The notes under the pieces were generated by a model. The model saw only the letters and a program-made list of their open reading frames with translations. It was not told where the DNA came from and did no database searches. A program made the translations under genes and the position numbers. A stretch of DNA of 64,000 nucleotides from Eledone cirrhosa. Taxonomy: Eukaryota. This document shows positions 1-13,477 of the stretch, in pieces (the first letter of the stretch is position 1; every line of letters starts with the position of its first letter). Where the stretch lies: positions 15,252,001 to 15,316,000 of the forward strand of contig OZ024749.1 in the NCBI GenBank assembly GCA_964016885.1, written 5' to 3'.

Positions 1-99
1 GGGTTAATTTAAGTGGGACCAACTGTTTCCAATGTTCAGCAGCATCTGTTTGGTGGCCAGTCAGAATCATTTCATATCACACATTCACTCCACCAAGGG

Positions 100-760
100 T
101 GTTCCATCCTCTTTCTTTTTGATATCACACTTCATAACTATGGTCTTGCTAAGCCAGCTAGTGTCCTTCCTTTTGATAACTGGACTCAAAATGACCTTGA
201 CATTGCTAAGTGAGCAAGCAACATTGCTTTTGATAGCTTGGCTTAGAATGACCTTGAACCTGCTAAGTGAGCAGGGTCAGGGTCATTCTACCTTGCCCTT
301 AATTGTTTGGCCCAAAATGAAACTGACATTGCTAAACCAACTAGTGACCTTGTCCTTGGTAGCTCAACTTAGAATAACCATCACCTTCTAAGTCAGTATA
401 TGTATTTGTCTTTGATAGCTCAGTTTAGAATGACCATGACCTAGCTAAGCCAGTTACTGTCCTTGTTTTTGATAGCTTGGCTCAAAGTGAATTTACCTTC
501 TTAGCCACTATTTGATTTTCCCCTTAATAGCAACCTTGCCCTTGACAGCATGGCTCACAGTGACCTTGCTTTGTAAGCCAAGGTTAGTTTAACCTTGCTC
601 TCAGAACTACAACTCAGTGACATTGTACTTCAAAGCTTAGGTCACAATAACCTTGCCCTTGATAGGCCTAGGTCACAGTGACATTGGCAATGATAGCCAA
701 GGTTGTAATGACCTTTCCCTTGCAACCCCTGGGGGATAATGAACATCTAACTTTATATTG
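100..760. repeat. Diverged ~57-66 bp minisatellite
   Basis: Recurring core GATAGCTTGGCT(C/T)AGAATGACCTTG...GCTAAG near 175, 232, 360, 414 and 471, degenerating further right. Confidence 0.7.
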
Positions 761-856
761 ATCAACTAACAGATACAGTTGTTGTTGTAACTGGTAGATC
801 AGCATTGAACTAAGTCTAACATAAACTGAGAAACCACACTCACATACACACTTGAA

Positions 857-1697
857 TATATACACACACACAGGCATATACATACACACACACAGGCATA
901 TACATACACACACAGGCATATACATACACACACAGGCATATACATACACACACACAGAGGTATATATATATATATATATATATATACACGGGAATAAACA
1001 CATACACAGGCATAAACATACATACACAGGCATAAACATATATACACAGGCATAAACATATATATACAGGCATAAACATACATACACAGGCATAAACATA
1101 TATACACAGGCATAAACATACATACACAGGCATAAACATACATATACAGGCATAAACATACATACACAGGCATAAACATACATACACAGGCATATACATA
1201 CATACACAGGCATATACATACATACACAGGCATATACATACATACACAGGCATAAACATATATACACAGGCATAAACATATATACACAGGCATAAACATA
1301 CATATACAGGCATATACATACATATACAGGTATATATATACACACACACACAAGCAGGGAAAAGCGGACGTAAAATGATGATGATGATTATATATATATA
1401 TATACGGGCATAAACACACACACAGGCATATACAGACATATACAGGCATATACAGACACAGACATATACATACACAGGCATATATAAACATACACAGGCA
1501 TAAACATATATACACAAACATATACATACATACACAGGCATATATAAACATACACAGGCATATACAGACATATACACACGTATACATACATACACAGGCA
1601 TACAAATATATACACAGGCATATACATACATACACAGGCATATACATACAGACATATACACACATATACATACATACATACACAGGCATAAACATAT
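857..1697. repeat. 20-bp minisatellite (GGCATAAACATACATACACA and variants)
   Basis: Direct tandem periodicity; interrupted by a SINE/LINE tail fragment at ~1351-1388. Confidence 0.9.
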
Positions 1698-2042
1698 ATC
1701 ATCATTTTTCATCATCATTTTACGTCCACTTTTTCCCTGCTTGCAAGGGTGGGACGGGAACTGATTCTGGCTTGATTTCTACAGCTGGATGCCCTTCCTA
1801 ACACCAACCTCATTTACAGTGAGTGCTGGGTGCTTTTTTGCCGTGGCACCTCCACGACCACTTTGCAGTGGAGTGATATGGACCCCAGTCCCTATCATCT
1901 CATTTCTACAGCTGAGTAAACTGGAGCAATGTGAAATAAAGTGTCTTGCTCAAGGAAACAACACATCACCTGGTCTGAGAATTGAACTCACAACCTTTCG
2001 ATTGCAAGGCCAATGCTCTAACCACTAAGCCATGTGCCTCCA
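1698..2042 (-). mobile_element. tRNA-derived SINE, family A, full length
   Basis: Reverse complement begins GGAGGCACATGGCTTAGTGGTTAGAGC (A box) ... GAGTTCAATTC (B box) and ends in (ATG)n; near-identical to 17222-17560 and 47440-47786. Confidence 0.9.
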
Positions 2043-2657
2043 TATATATATAATGTAGCAGGTTATTACGAGACACCATCCAATAAAATGTTCTGGGCCC
2101 ACGCGTCAGAATCCTGCATTTTATGTCCTTCCCCATGTACCATCACAACTGACAACGTCAATGACCATCACGCAAGAACTGGTCATGACTACAGCAGGAC
2201 ATGTACTAGAAGGTTACAGGCATATACATACATAGGCATATACATACACAGGCATATACATACATACAGACATATACACACAGATATATACACACATACA
2301 CACACATATACAGGTATATATATACACACAGATAAACACACACTGACCCATATACAACCATAACATATACACAATTATACACACAGATACACACAGATTA
2401 TCATCCACAGATACACATACACAATGATACATGTATAAGCACACACAATCATAGACGTATATACACACACACAATTATAGATCTATATACATATACATAG
2501 ATGTATACACACATACACAATCATAGACATATATACACATACATAAATGCACATTCACAATCAAAGATGTATATACACACACAATCATAGAAGTATATAC
2601 ACACACAATCATAGAAGTATATATACACACAATCATATATATATACATATACATAAT

Positions 2658-4775
2658 TCGGCGGCAGACGAAGTCTGTGGCTGGAGCAGGCCTGTAGGTA
2701 GGAGGAGAGTAACGTGGTGGTGGAACAGTAAGGTGGAGGAGTCAATTAAGGCCAAAAAGCAGGCTTGGAAAGTATGGCGGGATGGGGGAAGTAGAGAAGA
2801 CTATCAAGTGGCCAGGAGGGAAGCTAGGAGACAAGTGTACTTCGCAAGAAGGGAAGCAGAGGAAAGAAAGTTCAAGCATGTTCTACAACGTGAGGACCAA
2901 AAACGTGAGGTGTTCAGGATTGCCAGGCAATGTGTCAAGGAAAACCGTGATATTGTCGGGGAGAGGTGTGTACTTAACGATGATGGCATACTTGCCATCA
3001 CCGACGCTGATAAGAAGGTAGCTTGGAAGTGTCACTACGAAAGGCTTCTAAATGAGGAGAACAAATGGGAGAAAGACAGTCTCCCCCACATCGACCCAAT
3101 AGAGGGACCAGCAGTGTTAGTCCAGGGTAGTACAATAAGCAAGGCAATCAAAGATATGAAGACGGGTAAGGCGGCTGGTCCTTCGGAAATAGTTGCTGAG
3201 ATGCTGAAGGCATCTGGTTCGGTGGGACACACCATGGTCACCCGGATAGTTAACCAAGTCGTACAGAATGGGGTTGTTCCGAAGGACTGGCGTAGCAGCA
3301 TCATCGTTAACTGCTATAAGGGAAAAGGAGATGCCCTAGATAGGAGTAACTATAGAGGCATTAAATTAATCGACCAGGTCATGAAGGTCACGGAAAAAGT
3401 AATAGCGCAACTAATCAGAGAGAGAATTGATCTAGATGAAATGCAGTTCGGGTTTGTGTCAGGCAAAAGTACCACAGACGCTCTTTTCATTGTACGACAA
3501 CTACAGGAGAAGTACCTAGCTAAAAGTAAACCCCTATACTTAGCTTTCGTCGACTTGGAGAAAGCCTTCGACAGAGTCCCCCGTTCCATTATCTGGTGGT
3601 CTCTTAGAAAACTAGGTGTTGACGAATGGCTTGTGAGAGCTATACAAGCCATGTATAAAGAAACAGTCAGTAAGGTTAGAATTAACAACGAATATAGTGA
3701 AGAGTTTAGCGTAAAAGTTGGTGTCCATCAGGGCTCTGTTCTTAGCCCCCTACTATTTATTATTGCCCTTCAGGCTATAACAGAGGAGTTCAAGACCGGC
3801 TGCCCATGGGAACTCCTATACGCAGATGATCTAACGCTCATAGCTGAATCAATGACCGAACTAGAGAAGAAATTCCAAACATGGAAGCACGGCCTAGAAT
3901 CAAAAGGCCTTAAAATTAACCTGGCTAAGACTAAAGTTCTAGTTTGTAGGAAAGAAAATAAGGCGGCGGTCCCATCTGGGAAATGGCCATGCTCAGTGTG
4001 TAGGAAAGGCGTAGGTAGAAACTCCATTTTATGTCCCAAATGCAAAGTATGGGTGCATAAAAGATGTAGTGGGATCACAGGTAAGCTAACTAAGAACATA
4101 AATTTTACATGTGGCCGGTGCTCTGGTGCAATAAGTAGCAGCAAGTGCCCACTAAATACTAGCTCCTTCAACTGCACAGAGGGTTCTATAGAAATAGTGG
4201 ACAGCTTCCGTTACCTGGGTGACAAAATCAGCAGTGGGGGAGGGTGCTCTGAAAGTACAGTAGCTAGAGTCAGAACTGGATGGAAAAAGTTCAGAGAGCT
4301 TACACCACTATTAGCCGCTAGAGGGTTCTCCCTAAAAATGAAAGGCAGGTTATACGATGCCTGCATACGAACAGCAATGCTGCATGGCAGTGAGACCTGG
4401 GCATTGTGTGCAGAGGATATACGCAGACTAGAGAGGAACGAAGCTTGCATGCTCCGCTGGATGTGCAATAGTAATATACGTGAACGGCAAAGCATAAACG
4501 AACTAAGGAAAAAATTAGAAATAAGAGGGATCAGATGTTGTTTACTCGAGAGAAAGCTACGTTGGTATGGTCACGTGATGCGCATGAAAGACGACAGCTG
4601 TATAACAAAGTGCAGGGCAATAAAGATAGACGGTAGCCACGGAGTAGGCAGACCCAGAAAAACATGGGACGAGCTGATAAATTCCGACCTCACATGCTTA
4701 CACCTCTCCAAGACAATGTCACTGGACCGAGACCTTTGGCGGTACTCAGTAATAGAGAAGACCCGCCTTACCTAA
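2658..4775 (+). CDS. RTE LINE ORF (reverse transcriptase + PHD-like finger + C-terminal region); endonuclease lost by truncation
   Basis: Motifs NYRGIKL, QFGF, FVDLEKAFD, GVHQGSVLSP, YADD, FRYLG, LRWYGHVMRM, GRPRKTW; residues upstream of ~2658 in the ORF track are microsatellite read-through. Confidence 0.92.
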   Translation, partial: SAADEVCGWSRPVGRRRVTWWWNSKVEESIKAKKQAWKVWRDGGSREDYQVARREARRQVYFARREAEERKFKHVLQREDQKREVFRIARQCVKENRDIVGERCVLNDDGILAITDADKKVAWKCHYERLLNEENKWEKDSLPHIDPIEGPAVLVQGSTISKAIKDMKTGKAAGPSEIVAEMLKASGSVGHTMVTRIVNQVVQNGVVPKDWRSSIIVNCYKGKGDALDRSNYRGIKLIDQVMKVTEKVIAQLIRERIDLDEMQFGFVSGKSTTDALFIVRQLQEKYLAKSKPLYLAFVDLEKAFDRVPRSIIWWSLRKLGVDEWLVRAIQAMYKETVSKVRINNEYSEEFSVKVGVHQGSVLSPLLFIIALQAITEEFKTGCPWELLYADDLTLIAESMTELEKKFQTWKHGLESKGLKINLAKTKVLVCRKENKAAVPSGKWPCSVCRKGVGRNSILCPKCKVWVHKRCSGITGKLTKNINFTCGRCSGAISSSKCPLNTSSFNCTEGSIEIVDSFRYLGDKISSGGGCSESTVARVRTGWKKFRELTPLLAARGFSLKMKGRLYDACIRTAMLHGSETWALCAEDIRRLERNEACMLRWMCNSNIRERQSINELRKKLEIRGIRCCLLERKLRWYGHVMRMKDDSCITKCRAIKIDGSHGVGRPRKTWDELINSDLTCLHLSKTMSLDRDLWRYSVIEKTRLT

Positions 4776-5280
4776 ATACAAAGTAAAAACCTACTACAGT
4801 CAGTAGGCATCTCTATCAAAACACACCCCCATCCCACCACCTCCACCCCATCCACACCGCCCCTTTCAATGTAAAGTTATGTTGGTCCCACAACATCCAG
4901 GCCGAAACAAATGAGATCGTGTAGGTGTCACGACAAAAAAAACACACAGTCCACGCTGTAAATGTGGCCGTGTAGGCAACACGGTAAAAACCTCCCAGCC
5001 CCACACTGTAAATGTGGTTGGTGTTAGGAAGGGCATCCAGCTGTAGAAAACCCGCCAGAGAGTCCACGCTGTAATGTGGCCGTGTAGGCAACACGGTAAA
5101 AACCTCCCAGCCCCACACTGTAAATGTGGTTGGTGTTAGGAAGGGCATCCAACTGTAGAAAACCTGCCAGACAGTCCTATGCGAGCAAGACAACCACTCT
5201 TGCCTCAAGTGGGAAAACCCCCGTCCAAACCCATGCAAGCGTGGAACACGGACGCTAAACCTGATGATGATGATGATGAT
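2658..5280 (+). mobile_element. RTE-clade LINE, 5'-truncated, copy 1
   Basis: RT ORF, 3' UTR and (GAT)n tail; flanked by direct repeat ATATATACATATACATAAT (probable TSD, but within a minisatellite); ~110 bp duplication in the 3' UTR. Confidence 0.93.
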
Positions 5281-5461
5281 ATATATACATATACATAATC
5301 ATAGGAGTATATACACACAATCATATATATACATATACATAATCATAGGAGTATATACACAGTCATATATATACATATACACAATCATAGAAGTGTATAC
5401 ACACACAATGATAGACGTATATACACACACAATCATATATAAACACATACATACACAATCA

Positions 5462-5745
5462 TAGCAGGGGGCGAGGGGTCCGTGCATGCAACGCATGCAG
5501 TGCATGCGTTATAGAATCTTGAATTGATCAATTGCGTTGGTTGAAGCAAGCAGAATTTTGGCTGCTTACTAAATCGTAGACACATAAAAAGATAACACAC
5601 ACACATACACTAGATAACACTACATGCGGCTTTGACTGGGAGGGTCATTTAGAGGGAATGGGGGGGGGGGCGTAAGGCTGCACAGCCCTACTTTCCGCCA
5701 TGGCTATTGGACTGCATGCCCTGCTTTCCCGGTTACCCTTTGCTA
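5462..5745 (+). mobile_element. Interspersed repeat starting CAGGGG, probably a non-autonomous DNA transposon
   Basis: First ~140 bp recur inverted at ~14470-14603; TIR and TSD not clearly resolved. Confidence 0.5.
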
Positions 5746-6200
5746 CTGAATGATAGATGTATACATACAGTCATATATATACATATACGCAATCATAGAA
5801 GTATATACACACATATATACAGATACAGATATAGAGCACAAGAGGTCCTTAAACTTCTGATGGAGTCATTGGGGCACTGGTCTGACACACAGTGTGACTT
5901 GGCCCTTATAAACCTGGGAGAGCCCGTCTCTCTCTCTAGTTCTGAATATAACCAATTTGAGAGGGAGGGAGGGAGAGTGGGGAGCAAGAATCAACTCCTG
6001 ATGTTTGTGGTAGTGTTAGTGATGATGATGTTGGTTGTGATAGTGTTGCTGATGATGACGGTGATAATGGTAACGATGATAATATAAGTGATAATGATGA
6101 TGATGTCATTGAGGGTGTTGGCGGCGGTGATGGTGATGATGATGATAAAGGTGATGAACGTGGTAGTGGTGATGATAATGATGGTGATTTATTTTCTCCT

Positions 6201-6430
6201 TTAACCTTTTAGTATTTACACAACTCTATATTTATTATTATATTTTCACGTTAAAAGCTTTGCCTCACAGAACTGTCTCAAATAATATCAAATTTATGAG
6301 ATTTTGATATTATTTATTTTGAGTAACAATACCTTAACATAAGTACGAGCAACTGGTTATGGCCGATTTGAACAGAAAGAGGTGAGAGAATTCTGGCCAG
6401 ACATGGCTGGTTTAAATGCTAAAGGGTTAT
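6201..6430. mobile_element. piggyBac-like MITE
   Basis: TTAA-CCTTTTAG ... CTAAAGGG-TTAT termini; same family as 18309-18540 and 19574-20544. Confidence 0.75.
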
Positions 6431-7439
6431 ACTTAGCTTAAATTTTACAAATTTTTTTAAAGAACATTTTTATTATTGATAGTTGTATAAATAGCATTAC
6501 AAATATTCACAATGTTGGCTGGAAAATCATTGATTACATAAATATGAAAATGGAAGATAAAAACTAAATTAAGAAATGAGAAAATGGGGAAGGGGTAAGG
6601 AAGGTCAGATTTGGCTGTATGGGAAAGTAGCGGAAAGGACTATAAATGCCATAAATGAGAGAAAAAAGGAGGGGAAAAGCAAGGACTCTAGAGCCACAAA
6701 AATTAAATATTTTGTTTATCCAGCAATTAAAATTGTTATTGTTGAGCCCCAAGTCAACCTAGTGGCTGATGACCAGTGGTCAAATACATCACAGCTGTGA
6801 TCACCATCCCATATTATTTGCAGACATAGTGTATCTAGGACTACATTGTGCAATGTGACCTTCTTTCCTTTTTTTTTGTTGTGATTGTGGTAGTTGTTTA
6901 GTCCTAGGTCAGTTATGGTCAAGTAGTCTTATGATCAAATACATTCCAGGCATGACCTACACACCATATTTTCAGATATATGTGGATACTGTCTGCCTTT
7001 CTTTTAAAGCTGGTAGTGTGTTGAGAGAGGGTGATTTGACTGTTATTTCTAGTAAATCAACTACTACTACTGTCACCACCATGACAACCATTATCATCAC
7101 TATTACCACTACCACCTTCACCACTATCATCCCCTAACACCACCACTAATACCACTACCACCACCACCATTACCTCCATCCCTACCACTACTACCACTAC
7201 AACCACAATTACCACCATCCCTACCCCCCCCCCCCCCACTACAGTCACTACCACCACTACAACTACCCCCCCCCCCACCACCACCACCACCACCACCACC
7301 AGTTCCTCTCAGACAAACTAAATATAGAAAGTTAGGTGAATATTTAGACTAGAGAGCAAGTTGGTGTTGACCCATTTAACTTCCCCTAGACCAGATATGG
7401 TGGGGTGTGAAGTGGGGTGGAGTAGGGCCACCCCATGTT

Positions 7440-7770
7440 GATAGGTACCCCTGTACCACTGTACACCATGGTGACACCCCTGTAGACATGTACCCCTGTA
7501 CACCATGTACCCCTGTATGCTATATAGACACTCCATGTACCCCTGTACACCATGTACCACTGTACACCATGTAGACCATGTGCCCCTGTACATCATGTAG
7601 ACACCCATGTACACCATGTAGACACTCCATATACCCCTGTACACCATGTAGACACCCATGTACACACTCCATATACCCCTGTACGCCATGTAGACACTCC
7701 ATATACCCCTGTACACCATGTGGACACCATGTATCTCTGTACACCATGTAGATACTCCATGTAGACCAGC
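7440..7770. repeat. Minisatellite built on CATGTACCCCTGTACAC / CATGTAGACACTC
   Basis: Direct tandem periodicity. Confidence 0.85.
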
Positions 7771-8242
7771 AGATCTTAATCAGAATCCTATGGGGTGTTG
7801 ATTGAAAGGAGAACAGTATCATATATATGTATATCTATGTTTATGTCAGTGTGTATATATGTGTGTGTGGGAAGTGTATGTTAGTGAGTATATATGTGTG
7901 TGTGGGAAGTGTATGTTAGTGAGTATATATGTGTGTGTGGGGGGGAGGTGTATGTCAGTGTGTATATATGTGTGGGGAGTGTATGTTATTAGTGTATGTA
8001 TATATATGTGTATATATATGTGTGTATGTATGTATGTATGTATGTATGAATGTATGTATGTATATATATATATAGTAATAATAATAAATTTGAAGACTAA
8101 AATCCAAAGAGGGCTCGATAAGGATAAATATATATCAAATATATAAGAACCGTAGAGCAAATATTTATTAAAATAACAGATTAAAGTTTAAGCAAAGAAT
8201 CGCTGCTTTCACCCTTAATGGGATCTTCTGAAGATCCCGTTT

Positions 8243-8278
<36 letters not shown>

Positions 8279-8283
<5 letters not shown>

Positions 8284-9013
8284 AAAAAACGGAATTAAAG
8301 ACTCGCATTAATCCCCTGTAATTTAATGATCTCAAGGAATAAATACTGGGCTCTTCATAATACAGTATATAGAGAAGAAAACAAAAGGGGTTATGTTTTC
8401 AATTACGAGGGGTAGAGAATCACTAGAGTGAAGAACAAAGTCTACGAAAAGTGTGGAAAATACATAATAATTAAAAGGTATATTAAAATGTTCAAACCCA
8501 TCTTTCTAACTATATACTGTATTATGAAGAGCCTGGTACTTATTCCTTGAGCTCATTAAATTACAGGGGATTAAGGCGAGTCTTTAACTCCATTTTTTCA
8601 TTTGATATTTGGCTCCTAATTTCTTCGTTAGTTGAGCTTTTTAAGTTGAATGGTTATAGGCTGCTATTTCTAGCGGTTTCTTGATCCATTCATGCCACTA
8701 TGTACTGTTTGGTGTGCGTGTTTTCAGTTGTCTAAAATCTCTTTAGAAGTGTTGGTTATACCTTCTTTACACCTGTTGACGAGCCCTGAGAAGGTATGGT
8801 ACCAGCACTATTTATGACGAAACATTCCCTTCTTTGGGAATGCCCAGGTGTTTTATAGTTATAAAGGTGGGTTTGTACATTTTAGTATACCTTTTAATTA
8901 CTATGTATTTTCTCCACTTTTCGTAGACCTTATATTATTCACTCTAGTGGTTCTCTACCCCTTGTAAATAAAAACATAACCCCTTTTGTGTTTTCTTCTC
9001 TATATACTGTATT
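8279..9013 (+). mobile_element. Penelope-type pLTR structure: inverted partial copy (8279-8512) plus ~500 bp unit (8508-9013) in (TA)n
   Basis: 8279-8372 is the reverse complement of 8508-8603, and 8358-8512 of 8857-9013; unit begins and ends with CTATATACTGTATTA; contains a degenerate hammerhead. Confidence 0.65.
8769..8851 (+). ncRNA. Type I hammerhead ribozyme, degenerate
   Basis: Stem I ACACCTG/CAGGTGT, core TTGACGA (C3>U), GAAA, stem III CATTCCC/GGGAATG, cleavage triplet mutated to GCC. Confidence 0.65.
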
Positions 9014-9596
9014 ATATATATATTTATGTGTGTGTGTGTATGTGTATGTGTATATATATATATATATATTCTCACACACAGACAGTCATATCCCACCCGC
9101 TATGTGTGTGTGTGTATGGGCGAGGATGAGAGTGTGAGTCCAACTGCTCCCCCTTCCTCCACCCTGCCCATATAAACATTCTAACAACATACAAACATAC
9201 ACACACACATCCACACCCACCCACATATATACACACACAAGTGCATGTCAGTGTGTGTGTGTTTGTATGTATGTCTCCATATGTCTAAATATATGAAACA
9301 CCCCACCCACTCATACACTCTTGGAGCCAAAATAAGTGTATACACATATATACAGACACACATACATATGTATAAGATGTATATATATAAAGAGAGAGAG
9401 GAGGGATAAACATATTACACACACACACACATGTATGTATGTATATACATATATGAACATATATATGTATATATATAAATATATATATGTATATATATAT
9501 ATATGAGTGAAGTAATTCTGTCGGAAAGGTCCAGGAAAAAAGAGTGCTCTATGTAGGTTACAGAGCTTATTGGTTATGTAAAAACACCAGGATTTC

Positions 9597-9656
9597 TTCC
9601 ATTCTGATGACTGAAAGCAAATTTGTTTGCTTTCAAGAAACCACTGGTAAATGAAA
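9597..9656 (+). ncRNA. Type I hammerhead ribozyme (ACCACTGGT family)
   Basis: CATT-CTGATGA-C-TGAAAGCAAA/TTTGCTTTCA-A-GAAA-CCACTGG-TA-AATG. Confidence 0.8.
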
Positions 9657-9745
9657 TAATTATCTTATGTATATATATATATATATGTACATATACATAA
9701 GTATATGTATATATAAGTATATATATATGTATATATATAAGTATA

Positions 9746-9794
<49 letters not shown>

Positions 9795-9796
9795 GC

Positions 9797-9855
<59 letters not shown>

Positions 9856-9915
9856 TTATATACATATATATATATATAATATAAGATCAAAAGATGGTTA
9901 AAGGAGTTCCATGTA

Positions 9916-9982
9916 TTTTATTATGCGCATTTCAAAAACAAACATCATCATGCAATAATATTTGTGTTTTCATCAGATAAAA
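9916..9982 (-). ncRNA. Type I hammerhead ribozyme (ATGCGCAT family)
   Basis: TTTTAT-CTGATGA-long stem II-GAAA-TGCGCA-TA-ATAAAA; palindromic stem III. Confidence 0.85.
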
Positions 9983-10075
9983 CAGGAGAACATGATATGA
10001 AGGCTAAAAAACACTTGTGGATAGTGCAGTTTTAAATCAACATACCATTGTACTACAATAAAACTCACCTCCTAC

Positions 10076-10113
<38 letters not shown>

Positions 10114-10349
10114 GTATACATATATACATATGTATCATTTAAAAAAATAACCTCTATATATCAAACCAGCAAACAATACGTAATAGTAGTTGTAGTAGTA
10201 GTAGTTGTAGTAGTAGTAGTAGTAGAAGTAACATAAATAGTGACACACCCCTTAAAACATATCGTAACCCTTTTCCCACTATAGTAAGATGTCAACAACA
10301 ACACCCACATTGTTATTGAGTTACATACATCTCGGTTTCATACTAACCC

Positions 10350-11810
10350 CCATCACCACCACCTCCACCACAACAAAACATCAACACTACCACCACCACC
10401 ACCACCACCATCAACACTACCAAAACCACCACTGCCACCACCACCACCAGTACAACCAACACCATCGCCATCACCACCACCTCCACCACAACAACACTAA
10501 CATCATTGCTACCACCACAAACACCACCACCACCACCATCAACACTACCAAAACCACCACTGCCACCACCACCACCAGTACAACCAACACCATCGCCATC
10601 ACCACCACCTCCACCACAACAACACTAACATCATTGCTACCACCACCAACACCACCACCACCACCATCAACACTACCAAAACCACCACTGCCACCACCAC
10701 CACCAGTATAACCAACACCATCGCTATCACTACCACCTCCACCACAACAACACTAACATCATTTCTACCACCTCCACCACCATCACCATCACCAGTACAA
10801 CCAACACCATCACTATCACCAAACCACCATCGCCATCAACACCACCACCAGTACAACCAACACCCCCACCACCACTACCACGACAACAACACTAACATCA
10901 TTGCTACCACCACCACCACCACCAACACCAGTACAACCCCCACCCCCACCACCACCTCCACCACAACAACACTAACATCATTGCTACCACCACCAACACC
11001 AGTACAACCAACACCCCCACCACCACTACCACTACAACAACACTAACATCATTGCTACCACCACCACCACCACCATCAACACCAGTACAACCCCCACCCC
11101 CACCACTACTACCACGACAACAACACTAACATCATTGCTACCACCACCACCACCACCACCATTACAACCCCCACCCCCACCACTACTACCACGACAACAA
11201 CACTAACATCATTGCTACCACCACCACCACCACCACCATTACAACCCCCACCCCCACCACTACTACCACGACAACAACACTAACATCATTGCTACCACCA
11301 CCACCACCACCACCATTACAACCCCCACCCCCACCACTACTACCACGACAACAACACTAACATCATTGCTACCACCACCACCACCACCATCAACACCCCC
11401 ACCACCACCATTACAACCAACACCCCCACCACCACGACAACAACACTAACATCATTGCTACCACCACCACCACCACCATCAACACCAGTACAACCCCCAC
11501 CCCCACCACTACTACCACGACAACAACACTAACATCATTGCTACCACCACCACCACCACCACCACCACCATTACAACCCCCACCCCCACCACTACTACCA
11601 CGACAACAACACTAACATCATTGCTACCACCACCACCACCACCACCAACACCAGTACAACCCCCACCCCCACCACTACTACCACGACAACAACACTAACA
11701 TCATTGCTACCACCACCACCACCACCATCAACACCAGTACAACCCCCACCCCCACCACCACTACCACGACAACAACACTAACATCATTGCTACCACCACC
11801 ACCACCATTA
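10350..11810. repeat. ACC-rich minisatellite, ~60 bp unit (ACAACAACACTAACATCATTGCTACCACC...)
   Basis: Direct tandem periodicity. Confidence 0.9.
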
Positions 11811-12371
11811 ATATTAACACTGTAACCAGCACCACCAAAAACATGTCTAGTTTGCTAGAATAGAAAAGGACCACCATATAGGCTACATGAGAGAGAGAGA
11901 ATGTGTGAATCATTAGTCTATATACACACACGTGTGTGTGTGTATATATATATATAATATGTTTGCATGTATGTATGTATACAATAAGTATATTGACAAT
12001 ATGAGAGAGAGAAGGAACACTCCATTTAGCCCCACCCCACAAGAAACAAGGAAGTTCCCATCGTCAGCTGCCTACCATCTATCGTCAGATACCATCTACC
12101 ATCACCATATATGTGTAGTTATTAGTCAGGACTACAATAAGGCTACCTTCCCTGTTAAAGTAAGGTCTACCTTTATGAGAGGAATAAGGAGGGGATATGG
12201 CAAGCGTTTTCCCCTTTATTTTTCCCCTATTAGCTGCAACCTATTGTCAGACATCATCACCACATCTGTGCAGTTATTATATAAGGCTACCTTCCGTTTT
12301 TTCTAAGATATTTATAGTAATCGACTGTTTTTACAGTTATTTTCGGTTGGAGATTTTCTACATTTTCTAAG

Positions 12372-12770
12372 AATGCTCCGACACTACGGACATGTGGTTC
12401 GAATGTCTCAGGAAAGAATCATGGACAGATTCGTAGCTCAGAAATGAGAGAGTCACTCCAGGTAGAGCCGCTACATCTCTGAATTGAGAGATCACAGCTT
12501 CAATATTATGGTTGTGTGGTTAGAATGACTCGGGAAAGAATCCCTGGACAGATTTTACGGGCAAAACCAGCCGGCAGGAGACCCAGGGGTAGACCCCAAG
12601 CAAGATGGTTGGATACCATCCATGAGCTTGGATGGTCATGCTTGGGGATCCAGTCGGATCAGTTGGAGACGGTTGCTTCTAACATGACCCGCTGGAAGGA
12701 GTGTTTGAGGACTCTCCTCCACGACCCTCTCAGGAATAAGTGGGCAAAAGAAAAAGAAGAGAAGAAGATG
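12372..12770 (+). mobile_element. RTE-clade LINE 3' fragment (second family)
   Basis: Translates to LRHYGHVVRM ... QYYGCVVRM ... GRRPRGRPQARWLD; AAG-rich tail. Confidence 0.8.
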
Positions 12771-13477
12771 AAAGTTGGTTGATCATATAATCAGCCGACT
12801 TTTTTGTAAACAGACATAACGCACTCTACGATTTGTATTCCTTAGGATTTTCTCGGTAAGGTATCAACCAAAGTTTCAATATTATGAATAAGAGAGACAG
12901 CTTTATTCGTACATCTTTTTATTACATAATTCTATTATACGCATTTCAAAGATGTCAGTGTGACATGTTCTCATCAGATAGTTTGAGATGTGTGGTGTTT
13001 TTTTGTTACTGGTTTATCATGATGTTTACATTGCTGACCAGTAGACATATGGATAGTATTGCAAGTAGGTTATACGGTATCAAATAACCAGAGGGGACAG
13101 TCTCCAGTTCATATAATTTATAGAGTTGGCTTGAATGATCTAAGTATTAGTTTGTTAATTTGTTTAAACTTAATTCTACATATTAATGTTTCCATCCCAT
13201 GTATTAATTATTAGAGAAGGATATTCCTGTGTAACTATGTATTGATGTATAATTTAATAATTATCTTTTAGACTAGTTGAGGTTAATGTTTACAGAATTA
13301 CGTAACTATATATTCTCCAGAAACTTTATGCAGGTATTAAAAAGGTTGGAGTGTTTGTTAATTACTTGATGTCATCTATCTATAACAGGAGTCTCAGTTG
13401 TACAGAGATTACAACCAGGTGAAAAGGATTTGCTAAAATTTGGAAATACATACATCATACATATATATATATATATA

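Noticed and set aside
2782-4495. Short overlapping or antisense ORFs in the RTE copies (also 53624-55109 and 61692-62429)
   Set aside because: Shadow frames of the RT coding sequence.
10289-10711. His/Thr/Pro-rich ORFs (also 41317-41727 and 7057-7299)
   Set aside because: Derived from ACC/ACT trinucleotide repeats with no splice or domain support.
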